From IMG/VR virus record IMGVR_UViG_3300017958_000005, positions 1 through 64,000 of that record: a stretch of DNA of 64,000 bases. One strand, written 5' to 3'. Source of the stretch: an uncultured virus (IMG/VR IMGVR_UViG_3300017958_000005). Its lineage: Duplodnaviria > Heunggongvirae > Uroviricota > Caudoviricetes. Position numbers and translations under genes: made by a program. A model generated the notes under the pieces. That model saw only the letters and a program-made list of their open reading frames with translations. It had not been told where the DNA came from and searched no databases. This document shows positions 28,503-37,983 of the stretch, piece after piece. The stretch's first letter is position 1; each line of letters starts with the position of its first letter.

Positions 28503-28953
28503 TAATCACCTCAATAACATCGATGTGAGCATTTTCCATGAACAAACGCACTCTAGCCCAATCTTCATACGCTGAATCGGAATAACAAACCACCCTGACA
28601 ATTCCACTGGAGGCAATTTGTTTGGCGCACCCGTAACAGGGTGGTCCGTTTACAATCAGGGTGCCACCAATCCTTTGACTGGGGTCAGACCACAACAGCG
28701 CATTTGCTTCGGCATGTTGAGCGATGCAGTTGTCGTAAACCGCGCCATTGGCCGATCCCTCCGTATAGCGTGGACAATGACCGTCGACACAATGACCAAT
28801 TCCCGGCGGGGAGCCGTTATAACCCACTCCAGCGACACGGCCATTGGGCATTAGAACAACAGCGAAATACTGACGTTTAGCGCAAGTGGAAAACCTGCCG
28901 GCCAGATCAACGCACGACTCAAGCCAGTTCTTCTCGCGCCTTGATATTGTCAC
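28492..28953 (-). CDS. dCMP deaminase
   Basis: GYNGSPPG, HAEANAL and PCYGC zinc-binding motifs. Confidence 0.92.
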   Translation of the reverse strand: MTISRREKNWLESCVDLAGRFSTCAKRQYFAVVLMPNGRVAGVGYNGSPPGIGHCVDGHCPRYTEGSANGAVYDNCIAQHAEANALLWSDPSQRIGGTLIVNGPPCYGCAKQIASSGIVRVVCYSDSAYEDWARVRLFMENAHIDVIEVISGE

Positions 28954-29297
28954 GGCCCAACCTGAACACGCACATTTGCATTCAGTGTCCGCATGGCATC
29001 AATTGACGTTCTAAGTGACAACAACTTTTCCCGCTTCGATTTCACAAGCGCTTCAGCAATCTTGAAATCGTATTGCTCATCCGCCATCTTGTAATCAGCC
29101 CAAGACTCACGTTCCTTAATTGAGCCCTTAGCGCTGAGATATTCTTTAGCCCAATTTGATTTATATAAGGCTTCTTTCTTCGCCGAATCTTCCGCTAATA
29201 CTTCGAAGGCCTCCGTCTCATCTTCGAGATCAGCGATCAAACGAAGCAACTCGTCTTCGATTTCAACCTGACTAATAGGGCTGTTTCTACGGTTCAT
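28950..29297 (-). CDS. Coiled-coil hypothetical protein (115 aa)
   Basis: ORF track; helical composition; overlaps its neighbours in the recombination block. Confidence 0.6.
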   Translation of the reverse strand: MNRRNSPISQVEIEDELLRLIADLEDETEAFEVLAEDSAKKEALYKSNWAKEYLSAKGSIKERESWADYKMADEQYDFKIAEALVKSKREKLLSLRTSIDAMRTLNANVRVQVGP

Positions 29298-29799
29298 TTC
29301 TCCACTCTATTTTTTCTAATGCGGCCAAATGTGATTCTGGCCAACTGTAAGATGACTCACCTAAATGCGCTAAAACCATCTGACGCAAAATCCATGCGTC
29401 ACACATATCGTCAGATCCAGAACCAGACCACACGATTCCGGTTCTCGCAGAAATTGAACTTACAACTTCGGTTTTCGAAGCATTCCCTTTTCCGGTGGCG
29501 AACTTCGCTCGTGAAGTGGGTGGTATTTCCACGTAAGGAATACCATGCTCATAAAAATCGACACGCAAAACTCCACCAAGTTCACCCAAAGCATGAGCGT
29601 GAGAATTTCTTGAAGAAAAGGAATATCCCTCGATCGCTATCAGATCTATCGAGTGCGCCCGCACAAGAGCGTTGACAAAATTACGTATCTGAATTAGACG
29701 TTCAGGACCTTTTGTCTTCGGCTGAAAAACCATCGTTTCATCGTCAGACATGCAAACACCAGTCGATGTCAGCGATGGATCAACACCAAGGACGTTCAT
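29287..29799 (-). CDS. RuvC-like Holliday junction resolvase
   Basis: VLGVDPSLTSTG, IAIEGY, FATGKGNASK and DDMCDA motifs; ATG 29799. Confidence 0.9.
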   Translation of the reverse strand: MNVLGVDPSLTSTGVCMSDDETMVFQPKTKGPERLIQIRNFVNALVRAHSIDLIAIEGYSFSSRNSHAHALGELGGVLRVDFYEHGIPYVEIPPTSRAKFATGKGNASKTEVVSSISARTGIVWSGSGSDDMCDAWILRQMVLAHLGESSYSWPESHLAALEKIEWRNEP

Positions 29800-30167
29800 T
29801 TCTCCCAGCCGTGTTTCGCTAAACCCAACTCGAATGCCAACTGCGGATAATTGCCAATTCGAACATGACATTCTCGACAGACTGCAATGCAGTTGGACTC
29901 ATCAAGAATCGAACCGCCCTGACTTCTGCGAACAAGTTCGTGAATGTCTACACTCCCCCTACGAGTGTAAGCAATGACTCCATCGTGCCTCGCAAAAACC
30001 GGACACGCTTGACAGTATCTGTGATCGTCCAACATTTTTGCGACAAGTTTGCGTCGCTCAACATATTCTGCTTCACGTTTCTTGCTACGCACTTTCAATG
30101 GCGAACCACGCTTCAGACCACCAGACCTCTTCAAAGGGGTCCGCTTCATCGGTTTGCCACGCTTCAC
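29796..30167 (-). CDS. HNH-like endonuclease
   Basis: CQAC...DIHELVRRSQGG...NCIAVCRECH. Confidence 0.8.
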   Translation of the reverse strand: MKRGKPMKRTPLKRSGGLKRGSPLKVRSKKREAEYVERRKLVAKMLDDHRYCQACPVFARHDGVIAYTRRGSVDIHELVRRSQGGSILDESNCIAVCRECHVRIGNYPQLAFELGLAKHGWEK

Positions 30168-30673
30168 AACAACGCAGCATCCACGTTGTCGAACTCCCAG
30201 CGATTATCGAGGGTAGCCCACAGTGCTTTGTCGACCTCAGTTTCTTCCATGTTGTACTCCTGCAACATGGTCCGATGCATCTTGATAGCGCGACGATAAA
30301 AATCTGCGGTTTCCCAAGGGCTTTCCTCGATGACCTGACCGTTTTCAATCATCGCATTAACTTGGTTCAAGCGTCTTTGAACAAAGAACCTAAATCGCTC
30401 AACCTTGTTTCGCTTAGATTTGTATGCCGACTCAGCGGTCTTCAATAATTTTGCACCATCACGGCCAAGCGCTTTGTACCTAGATGCATCGGCTTCAGAG
30501 TCAGCATCAATATCGTCAATCTGTCCGTTCAAGTTTTCAACAAGTACCTGAAGGGCCCGTCTCCACTTGTCCCAGTTTTCTTGCTTCATTAATGTCTGTC
30601 TTTGATCTGGCGACAGTTTATTTTTGACTTCTTCAGCCACCATTTGTGCAAAAATTTCGTCCGGAATCACCAC
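30164..30673 (-). CDS. Hypothetical helical protein
   Basis: ORF track (30164..30718); GTG start after GGAGG. Confidence 0.6.
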   Translation of the reverse strand: MVIPDEIFAQMVAEEVKNKLSPDQRQTLMKQENWDKWRRALQVLVENLNGQIDDIDADSEADASRYKALGRDGAKLLKTAESAYKSKRNKVERFRFFVQRRLNQVNAMIENGQVIEESPWETADFYRRAIKMHRTMLQEYNMEETEVDKALWATLDNRWEFDNVDAALL

Positions 30674-31446
30674 TACCTCCAAGCAGGGCAAATTGTTTTG
30701 TAGGCGCACCAATCGCAAAGCCGTGAGGTGCGAGTTTCGAATTGATGTGTCTCACACGCCTCATCAATAAGACGCTTCGTGATAGTTACATACTCAATTG
30801 TATCGCTTCTATCCTGATCAGTGAATGGAACTTTATATTTAGTCCCATCCTTCAAATACAACAGTTCGAGTTGATCAGGTTCACATACTCCGAGTTCACC
30901 AATCAGCGTCCCATAAATCCGCAGTTGCAAAAATTTGTCATCGACCCATCGCTTTGCAGGAGTTTTTCCGGTTTTGTAATCGGAAATAACATTTGTGTCA
31001 CCGATGGTTAAACGGTCGATGAAACCCTTCAATGTCACACCATTAATCTGGCCATTCAACTCGTACTCAATGTGGGTTGCGTCAACTTGCTTAGGGTTCT
31101 CGACATTGAAGATGTTCTCCAGACACCACCACGAGTTCCAGCGGAACATTCTGATGACATCTGGATCAGTACCAATCCAAGGCGTTACGCGTTCGAGCCA
31201 TTCACTGTTCTCCCACGTGCTCGCAGCAAGTGACTTTAGGTTCGCTAAATTCCTATCGTCGGATGGGAGCACGTAGAAGTATTCCAATGTTTCATGCACA
31301 AAGTTACCCATCAGCGTCGCCTGCGTTGGCTCGTCTGGGATCATGTCGATTTTTGAGAACCGAAACTTCTGCGGACACTGATTGAACGTGCCCATTGATG
31401 ATGGCGATAAATGCGGTGGGGGGACTAGAACATCACTACTCGCCAT
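30673..31446 (-). CDS. RecB/Cas4-like PD-(D/E)XK exonuclease
   Basis: HLSPSS...CP, GNFVH, GFIDRL...DYKTG, QLRIY and C-terminal CDWC..C Fe-S ligands. Confidence 0.9.
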   Translation of the reverse strand: MASSDVLVPPPHLSPSSMGTFNQCPQKFRFSKIDMIPDEPTQATLMGNFVHETLEYFYVLPSDDRNLANLKSLAASTWENSEWLERVTPWIGTDPDVIRMFRWNSWWCLENIFNVENPKQVDATHIEYELNGQINGVTLKGFIDRLTIGDTNVISDYKTGKTPAKRWVDDKFLQLRIYGTLIGELGVCEPDQLELLYLKDGTKYKVPFTDQDRSDTIEYVTITKRLIDEACETHQFETRTSRLCDWCAYKTICPAWR

Positions 31447-32080
31447 TAGGCTCAACCCATTCCCCGCCCATCATAATGCGAACGCACTCACCGATTAGAA
31501 ACTCCAGATCGACAGCCGACGCGGTTTCCAAAGTGGGCTTAGGGGCGCCGTCGGCATACTCCGACCATACCTGTCCAAGTTCAGCCTTCTGATCGGCATT
31601 CAATTCCTTAGTGTGGCTAATGAAAGAAGTCCACAGTGCGATGATTTCTTCACTAACGACAGGCTTGGAAGCCTCCTCGTCAATGGCCAAAGCCTCGTCG
31701 GTTCGTGCGAGGTAGAGGCCGATACCGAACTGTTGAGCGGCCTTCTTGAGAGCGTCCGAAACGGCGCCCTTGAACTCGTCACCAAGATCAACAATGTCTC
31801 CGTTCTTGGTGCGCTTAATCTTCTGACCGCCAATGCCATCCTTCCAGACCAACGTGCCGTCAATGGTGGTTTCGATGCGAACATGGGCGACAATGAAGTC
31901 AGGATCAAGTTGGTCTCGGGCGCACGAGATGATCTGGCTACTCCACTTTTCTACACCAAACACCTTGTTCATTCGAGTGATGACTTCACTGACGGGAATG
32001 TAAGTCAGGTTCGCACCACCCTTTTTAAGGGTCCGTTCAACCTCTCGGGGAAACGGTTCGTACAGGTCATTCAATTCCAT
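31436..32080 (-). CDS. Rad52/Sak-like single-strand annealing protein
   Basis: LTYI...VITRMNKVFG...KGAVSDALKKAAQQFGIGLYL. Confidence 0.9.
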   Translation of the reverse strand: MELNDLYEPFPREVERTLKKGGANLTYIPVSEVITRMNKVFGVEKWSSQIISCARDQLDPDFIVAHVRIETTIDGTLVWKDGIGGQKIKRTKNGDIVDLGDEFKGAVSDALKKAAQQFGIGLYLARTDEALAIDEEASKPVVSEEIIALWTSFISHTKELNADQKAELGQVWSEYADGAPKPTLETASAVDLEFLIGECVRIMMGGEWVEPNGE

Positions 32081-32583
32081 TACTTCGCCTTTCCAATATT
32101 GCCCTTGCGGACAATGACGCTGGTTTTTGCTTCTGACTCGCAGTAGTTGTCAGGGTTGATTCCAATTTCATTCAACTTTGATGCACGCCAATACGAAGGC
32201 TGAACAAAGTCCAACATACGCATGGCGACATCCTCCGAAGACATGACAACCTCGCCGGTATCCATGTCAATCGATGATTGAACGATTCTACGCACGACGT
32301 CGTTTGCAATGTCCTTGTGACGCCACTTCGTGCGAGACGATGACATCTTGCGTTCGATTTCAGCACCGTCACGCAACTTGATGAATTCATTGTTTCGCAT
32401 CAGGACGCCCATTCGTGCTTCGACAGAAGAATAGACGTACGAGAGATCCGTCTTGAGAAGATTCAGTTCGAGCATCAAATTTGCGGCATCTTCCACATTG
32501 ACCTCATCGGACAAATATTCCGCGAGTGCATCATCGAGATCCGCGATTTGACGCCGAAGATCAGCAATCAAGTTAGTAATCAT
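32080..32583 (-). CDS. Hypothetical protein (167 aa)
   Basis: ORF track; RBS AAGGGG; coupled to the SSAP gene. Confidence 0.7.
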   Translation of the reverse strand: MITNLIADLRRQIADLDDALAEYLSDEVNVEDAANLMLELNLLKTDLSYVYSSVEARMGVLMRNNEFIKLRDGAEIERKMSSSRTKWRHKDIANDVVRRIVQSSIDMDTGEVVMSSEDVAMRMLDFVQPSYWRASKLNEIGINPDNYCESEAKTSVIVRKGNIGKAK

Positions 32584-32615
32584 TGTTCCCCTTTAATAAG
32601 TGTGGGTGGTTGTTG

Positions 32616-33920
32616 TTATACGACGATAGCAACTCTTTTTCGCTGTGGCAACCCCAAACCTGTTAAATGTGTGAACGCCCCCACAGCAGAGTCGACTTGG
32701 TCATCATGTGGCGCGGCCTCCGGGAACGCCGATAACTCATCAAGCCATTCTGTTAACCATGGGGCGCGTACACATCTGACGTTGCCGTTGGCAACAGCAG
32801 CAGCAAATGGCCGTGCGCGCGTAACCTTGTCTCCAGTCGAACGGATTCCAGCAAAATCATAGCCAGACAGCACATATCGAGCATACTGATCGACAAGGGC
32901 CTTCCCTGATGAACCCGGCTCTTGCTCCATGCGAATCGCAACATGCCTTCCGTCTTCGTACGCCGTTTGAGCGATCAGTTGTTCAACCTTCTCGCCCTTG
33001 ACCCTTGCTTTCTTTACATCAAGGATGTATGCGATGCCCTGATCGAACAGCATCAACGTACCCACAGTCCAGTCAGGGTCCGGGTTGGACTGTGATGGTT
33101 CGGTGGCAGCCAAGTCCCAGAATCGAACAGCCCGGGCAGCAGATGAAATCTCAGGGACCTCATGCTGATCGAGAAGAACAACATTTTCACGTTCAAAAAG
33201 ACTGCCAAGCGTAGTTGACCACCAATCACCTTCTTCGAGCCGGCGTCGCTCAACAGGGTCAAGCGCTTGAAGGGTCTGTCTGTAGGAAGCAGCGTCGATA
33301 CCCGGGTTGTCCGTCAACTTCGACGGAACGAAAATCCGGTTGTGTTCGAGACCTTCAACAATGAATCGTTGCCGCACCCAGTTGGGCGCCGGGTTGGAAG
33401 CAGCCCTCATCCGTAGTGGCACCTTGGACAGGGGGCCGTTTGCTGGACGACGCAAACGCGAGAACATGTAGCGGTAGTCCGATTCGCGAATCTCGGTGAC
33501 CTCGTCCATTCCGATAAATTGAAATTCAGCACCCTTATAACGCAAATAGTCCTGCTGATTGTTCAAATACCCGAAAGATATGCGTGCGCCAGACGGGAAA
33601 ACTGCCGTGTAGTTATTGGCGTTCCACCGAACGTCATCTTCGGCAGCAATCCAAGATTGGAAACGGTCCATGATTGCTCCGGGCAAAGCAAGGTCAGCGT
33701 AGGTGCGCCTAAACAGGATTGCGCTATACCCGGGCACATCGACATATTGAAGTGCCGACATCAAAAGGGCCGAACTTTTACCGCCACCGGCCGCTCCGCC
33801 AAACAGGGCCTCGAGAGCGTACGTACGCAAAAAGACCTTTTGCGTCAACGATGCGGACTCTGGACAGTACAGCGCTTCCTTCGGCTGCAAATAATCTAAA
33901 ACCTTTTGCCAATCTTCCAC
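32616..33920 (-). CDS. terL: Terminase large subunit
   Basis: Walker A LFGGAAGGGKS, Walker B FIGMDE, ASNP motif, nuclease RFWDLA...HDDQVDS. Confidence 0.95.
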   Translation of the reverse strand: MEDWQKVLDYLQPKEALYCPESASLTQKVFLRTYALEALFGGAAGGGKSSALLMSALQYVDVPGYSAILFRRTYADLALPGAIMDRFQSWIAAEDDVRWNANNYTAVFPSGARISFGYLNNQQDYLRYKGAEFQFIGMDEVTEIRESDYRYMFSRLRRPANGPLSKVPLRMRAASNPAPNWVRQRFIVEGLEHNRIFVPSKLTDNPGIDAASYRQTLQALDPVERRRLEEGDWWSTTLGSLFERENVVLLDQHEVPEISSAARAVRFWDLAATEPSQSNPDPDWTVGTLMLFDQGIAYILDVKKARVKGEKVEQLIAQTAYEDGRHVAIRMEQEPGSSGKALVDQYARYVLSGYDFAGIRSTGDKVTRARPFAAAVANGNVRCVRAPWLTEWLDELSAFPEAAPHDDQVDSAVGAFTHLTGLGLPQRKRVAIVV

Positions 33921-33978
33921 TGAGAGACCTTTCGCGCTATTACCAGAATAGACGACAACGTTGCGCTATGTTGTGAGT

Positions 33979-34176
33979 ATGGCCGAGCAGATAAAAACGA
34001 AGTGGCGACGCATGCGTGAAAAAGTCAACCGCGTTAATGTTGCCAACCTTCTGATGCTATTATTTATAGTGTTTACCAGTATTGGTGTCGCTCTTGTCGC
34101 CCCTTCGGCGGGATGGGGTTTCATTGCTGCTGGTGTAACAAGCGGCATATTCGGCTATCTGCTGGGACTTGAATAA
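33979..34176 (+). CDS. Small membrane protein upstream of the portal
   Basis: Two hydrophobic segments; ATG 6 nt after TATGTT; typical position in HK97-type head operons. Confidence 0.7.
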   Translation: MAEQIKTKWRRMREKVNRVNVANLLMLLFIVFTSIGVALVAPSAGWGFIAAGVTSGIFGYLLGLE

Positions 34177-34178
34177 GC

Positions 34179-36164
34179 ATGGCATGGAACTCCTTTGAAA
34201 AGAAGTCACTCAACAACATTGAGTCGAAAGCCGCACGGGTGTCGGTCGGTGCGCCCATTGCCAACAACCCCAGTTACGCCGGAAAAGGTTACCGAGACCC
34301 TTGGGACATTGAACGTGCGTACAAAGAGGGGATGCAGAAAGTTGTCTGGGTATCGCGATGCATCGACGCGATTGCCGGCAACCAAGCGCGACTACCAGTA
34401 ATTCTTCGGCAAAACAATGATCCCGAAGGAAAGATCGTTACCAAAAAGAATCTTGGAAACGGCAGCATTCTCGACATCCTGAACACGAAGGCGAACGAAG
34501 GCGAAAACTCCTTCATCTTCCGTTACAGGCTTTCCGCCCAACTTCTGATGAGCACACGAGGTGCTTTCATTGAGAAGATTAGGGGGCGCGATGGTCGAAT
34601 TATCGGGCTGAACTTGCTTCCCCCTCAGTACACGTCACCAATTCCTGACCCGAGGCGCTTCGTTGCTGGCTATGAAGTGCTCATGCCTAACGGCGAGAAA
34701 ATCATCATGAAGCCAGATGATGTCATTTGGATTCGCCGTCCGCACCCCATTGACCCATACCTGTCGATGACTCCAATGGAATCAGCAGGTATCGCGATCG
34801 AAATCGAAAACCTTGCGAAACTTTATAACCGCAACTATCTCATCAACGATGGCCGACCGGGTGGTCTCCTTGTTCTCAAGGGAGAAATCGACGAGGATGA
34901 TAAAGATGAACTACGTAATCGTTTCCGAGGAAATCTTGGACGCACCGGCGCAACAACGGTAATCGCCGCTGATGATGGTGTTGACTACGTCGACACCTCG
35001 TCGAGCCCCCGCGATGCTGCTTACATTCAGATGCGGCAAATCACGAAAGAAGAGATTCTCGCCTCCTTCGGCGTGCCTGAATCGGTCATCGGTAATGCTG
35101 CGGGTCGAACATTCTCGAATGCTGCCGAGGAAATCCGAGTTTTCTGGATTGAGACGATGATGCCTCACTTGGAGCATCTTGCTCGAGGGCTGGACGAAGC
35201 AGACGAGAAGCATTATGTCGACTTCGACACCTCTGAAGTTCCGATCCTTGTGATTTACAAGCAGGAGCGGGAAAGATACCTGCTCGATGAACTCCAGCAA
35301 GGTCTCATCACCCCAAATGAATACCGCGAGGCAACCGGTCGGAAAAAGGTGGAATCAGAACTTGCCGATTCCATGTTGATGAATCCCAACCTCACGCCTG
35401 TCGGAAACACAGAAAAACCGATGCCCGGGCCAGAAGCGCAAATGGGTGGAGGGGCCCCCGGAATGCCGGGAGCGATGCCGGGAGCGATGCCCGGACAACC
35501 GGGAGAAACGCCAGCGGCAATGCCGCCGCAGCAGCCGGGCGCCGCACCGCTTGATCCAAACACCATGCAGGGCGCTATGGCGGCTGAGCAGGCTCCGATG
35601 GAAACAACTAACGTTGAGCCACCGGAAGGACAGTTGGCGGATCCGGCGTTCGGTAATGTGAATACCAAATCTGACATAGATGCCGATCTTGAGCGTTGGA
35701 CTCAAATCCTTGAGCGGTCACTTGAAAGGCTTGTTGAGCGACAGCAGCGAGTTGTGCTTGAAAAAGTAAGTGGTCAGAAAGCGCGAAAAGCACTTGCCGA
35801 GGGAACAATCGATCCGGACAGCGTAATGCCATTAGACGTCTGGACGAAGCAGTTGGAAGAAGACATTCTTCCTGTCTTGAACTCAATTATGAAGGACGGG
35901 CAGGGTTTTGATGTGAAGTCGGAAAATAACGACGACATGGTTGTTCATGCCAACGCTGCACTCAGTCGCATTAAAACTGTGGTTTCTGATACCCGCACGT
36001 TTTTGGATATTGAGATCAATAAGTGTATGGCCATTCCAGACGGTGAATTGCGCCTGAAAGTGCTTCGTTCTGCGCTTACAGGGCATTTTGCCTATCTGAT
36101 GGGCAAGAAGGTTAACGAGATTGCGACCGCAGAGGCTCGCAGGGCTTGGAAATTGGCCAAGTAG
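34179..36164 (+). CDS. Portal protein, HK97 family, with Pro-rich linker and helical C-terminal extension
   Basis: VSRCIDAIA, NDGRPGGLL, EILASFGVP...G...TFSNA and GLITPNEYR motifs. Confidence 0.95.
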   Translation: MAWNSFEKKSLNNIESKAARVSVGAPIANNPSYAGKGYRDPWDIERAYKEGMQKVVWVSRCIDAIAGNQARLPVILRQNNDPEGKIVTKKNLGNGSILDILNTKANEGENSFIFRYRLSAQLLMSTRGAFIEKIRGRDGRIIGLNLLPPQYTSPIPDPRRFVAGYEVLMPNGEKIIMKPDDVIWIRRPHPIDPYLSMTPMESAGIAIEIENLAKLYNRNYLINDGRPGGLLVLKGEIDEDDKDELRNRFRGNLGRTGATTVIAADDGVDYVDTSSSPRDAAYIQMRQITKEEILASFGVPESVIGNAAGRTFSNAAEEIRVFWIETMMPHLEHLARGLDEADEKHYVDFDTSEVPILVIYKQERERYLLDELQQGLITPNEYREATGRKKVESELADSMLMNPNLTPVGNTEKPMPGPEAQMGGGAPGMPGAMPGAMPGQPGETPAAMPPQQPGAAPLDPNTMQGAMAAEQAPMETTNVEPPEGQLADPAFGNVNTKSDIDADLERWTQILERSLERLVERQQRVVLEKVSGQKARKALAEGTIDPDSVMPLDVWTKQLEEDILPVLNSIMKDGQGFDVKSENNDDMVVHANAALSRIKTVVSDTRTFLDIEINKCMAIPDGELRLKVLRSALTGHFAYLMGKKVNEIATAEARRAWKLAK

Positions 36165-36197
36165 CAGTTTACGTAAATAACTCGCAGTTTACGTAAA
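36164..36197. repeat. Direct repeat GCAGTTTACGTAAA x2 containing palindrome TTTACGTAAA
   Basis: Copies at 36164-36177 and 36184-36197 in the portal-protease intergenic region. Confidence 0.9.
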
Positions 36198-36256
36198 CCC
36201 TTTATTTTGCTCGTATTAGTTGCATTACGTCAACTACGCTTCGTTTATTATATTTA

Positions 36257-37957
36257 GTGTCGAAGGAGCGAAAAATGCCCACTAACGAACTTACCGATCT
36301 CGAAATCAAAGCAGCGCCAGCCGGCCAGATGACCGTAAATCAGGCAAAAGGCATCGTCGAGGCTTTCGTTGCAGGAATTGGCAACAAAGACTCTGTGGGC
36401 GATATTTGCGCCTCGGGAGCGTTCAACGCGAGCCTTAAGCGCCGCAAGCCACGCGTGGTGTGGGGACACAACTGGAATGACCCAATCGGTAAAGTGCTTG
36501 AAATCTATGAGGTTCCGGCTACCGACCCCCGCCTTCCGGAAAAGATGAAACGTGCCGGAATCGGTGGACTTTACGCAAAAGTTCAGTTCAACCTCAACAG
36601 TGAAAAAGGACGCGAAGCGTTCGCAAATGTCCAATTTTTCGGTTTAGAGCAAGAATGGTCAATCGGATACAAAACGCTCGACGCCATTTTCGATCCCGCC
36701 AAGCAAGCGAATGTTCTCAAAGAAGTCGAACTTTACGAAGTCAGCCCAGTTCTTCATGGCGCAAACCAGTTGACGGGAACAATTTCCGTAAAAGCAGCGA
36801 AGCAGAAACTGCGCGACCCCAAGGGTGGGCTGACCGCCGCTGGGCGACGTCACTTCAACCAGACCGAAGGATCGAACCTCAAGCCGGGCGTTAAAGGTCC
36901 TGCTGATACGCCGCAAAAAATGCGTCGGAAAGGCTCGTTTCTGACTCGCTTCTTCACAAACCCATCCGGGCCAATGAAAAAGCCGGACGGCAAGCCGACT
37001 CGCCTCGCACTTTCAGCGGCTGCATGGGGCGAACCAGTTCCACAAAACCGCAGTGACGCAGCCAAACTCGCCGCAAAAGGACGTCGACTCCTTGAACGCT
37101 ACGAGAATGCGAAGAAAAAAGATGCTGATTGGGACGAGGAGCAAATCGACTATACGGTCTTTGAGAACTTCTTCGCCGAGGATAACCCCGAGTTCAAAAC
37201 GCTCGAAACTGACGAGGGATTCTCTATTAACGATATTGAAATCGACGAGGTCGACGAAAAGGGCCACTACATGATGCGTATGGTTCCACGCAGAGCCCCA
37301 GAAAGCCCCCGCCGTGACATTTTCGCAGAAGGCGAAGCGCAATCCCTCAATGCGGAGAAGCGAAACGCCCTTGAAATGGAAATTGCTTCACGAACCCAGA
37401 TGCCGATCAAACTCATTGAGGCGACGGAAAACTTGGCTGTCTTTGCTAAGAGCAAGCCAGATGGTACTAAGAAGTTTTACCGCCTTCCATACCACTGGGA
37501 CACTGAAACCCAGCAATACATGTTTGGCAAGCCAGAGCGCGTCGAGCCAGCGATGATGTGGCGCCCACGGAAGCCACGCGTCGTCGTCCCATCACAAATG
37601 CCGTCAATGCCGGTTGAAGTAAAGCCTCAAGGTGAAGGGCGAGGCGAGTACAACAACCCTGTAACCGTGAAGTTTGAAGAAGATGAGAAAAGCGCAATCG
37701 ATCAAATGATGGAGTGGCTTGATGAATCTGAAGATGTCGAAATGAAGGAAGATGCTGTTCGCTTCATCATCGAATGCGACATGGAAGATGCCTTCAACGT
37801 GAAATCTGCATTCGACCCAATCTTCGATTACTACAAAGTTGACGTCGAAGTTACTGAAGATGGAATTGAAGTTCTGTCAGAGGCTTCTGACGACTTCTTG
37901 AATGCCATTGCGGTTGCTTCCAAATCGATCTTCGGGGAGACCGAAAAAAAAGTCTGA
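36257..37957 (+). CDS. Prohead maturation protease (HK97/S78-like) with C-terminal extensions (DUF6321-like)
   Basis: GNKDSVGD...GAF...VWGHNWNDPIG...EWSIGY...LYEVSPVLHGAN, followed by KGGLTAAGR...RKGSFLTRF...ALSAAAWG. Confidence 0.92.
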   Translation: MSKERKMPTNELTDLEIKAAPAGQMTVNQAKGIVEAFVAGIGNKDSVGDICASGAFNASLKRRKPRVVWGHNWNDPIGKVLEIYEVPATDPRLPEKMKRAGIGGLYAKVQFNLNSEKGREAFANVQFFGLEQEWSIGYKTLDAIFDPAKQANVLKEVELYEVSPVLHGANQLTGTISVKAAKQKLRDPKGGLTAAGRRHFNQTEGSNLKPGVKGPADTPQKMRRKGSFLTRFFTNPSGPMKKPDGKPTRLALSAAAWGEPVPQNRSDAAKLAAKGRRLLERYENAKKKDADWDEEQIDYTVFENFFAEDNPEFKTLETDEGFSINDIEIDEVDEKGHYMMRMVPRRAPESPRRDIFAEGEAQSLNAEKRNALEMEIASRTQMPIKLIEATENLAVFAKSKPDGTKKFYRLPYHWDTETQQYMFGKPERVEPAMMWRPRKPRVVVPSQMPSMPVEVKPQGEGRGEYNNPVTVKFEEDEKSAIDQMMEWLDESEDVEMKEDAVRFIIECDMEDAFNVKSAFDPIFDYYKVDVEVTEDGIEVLSEASDDFLNAIAVASKSIFGETEKKV

Positions 37958-37983
37958 GGGGTCGCGCTCAAAGTTTCGACCCC
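37944..37983 (+). promoter_or_regulatory. Programmed -1 ribosomal frameshift signal (A8 slippery site plus stem-loop)
   Basis: GAA AAA AAA GTC TGA; 6-nt spacer; GGGGTCG-12 nt-CGACCCC stem; the -1 frame is open into the 38104 ORF. Confidence 0.8.

Noticed and set aside
29796..30167. HNH gene as a mobile homing endonuclease or intron
   Set aside because: Tightly coupled by overlaps to both neighbours and does not interrupt any gene.
30673..31446. Cas4-like nuclease as evidence of CRISPR-Cas
   Set aside because: No repeat-spacer array or other cas genes seen; its position next to the SSAP gene indicates a recombination exonuclease.
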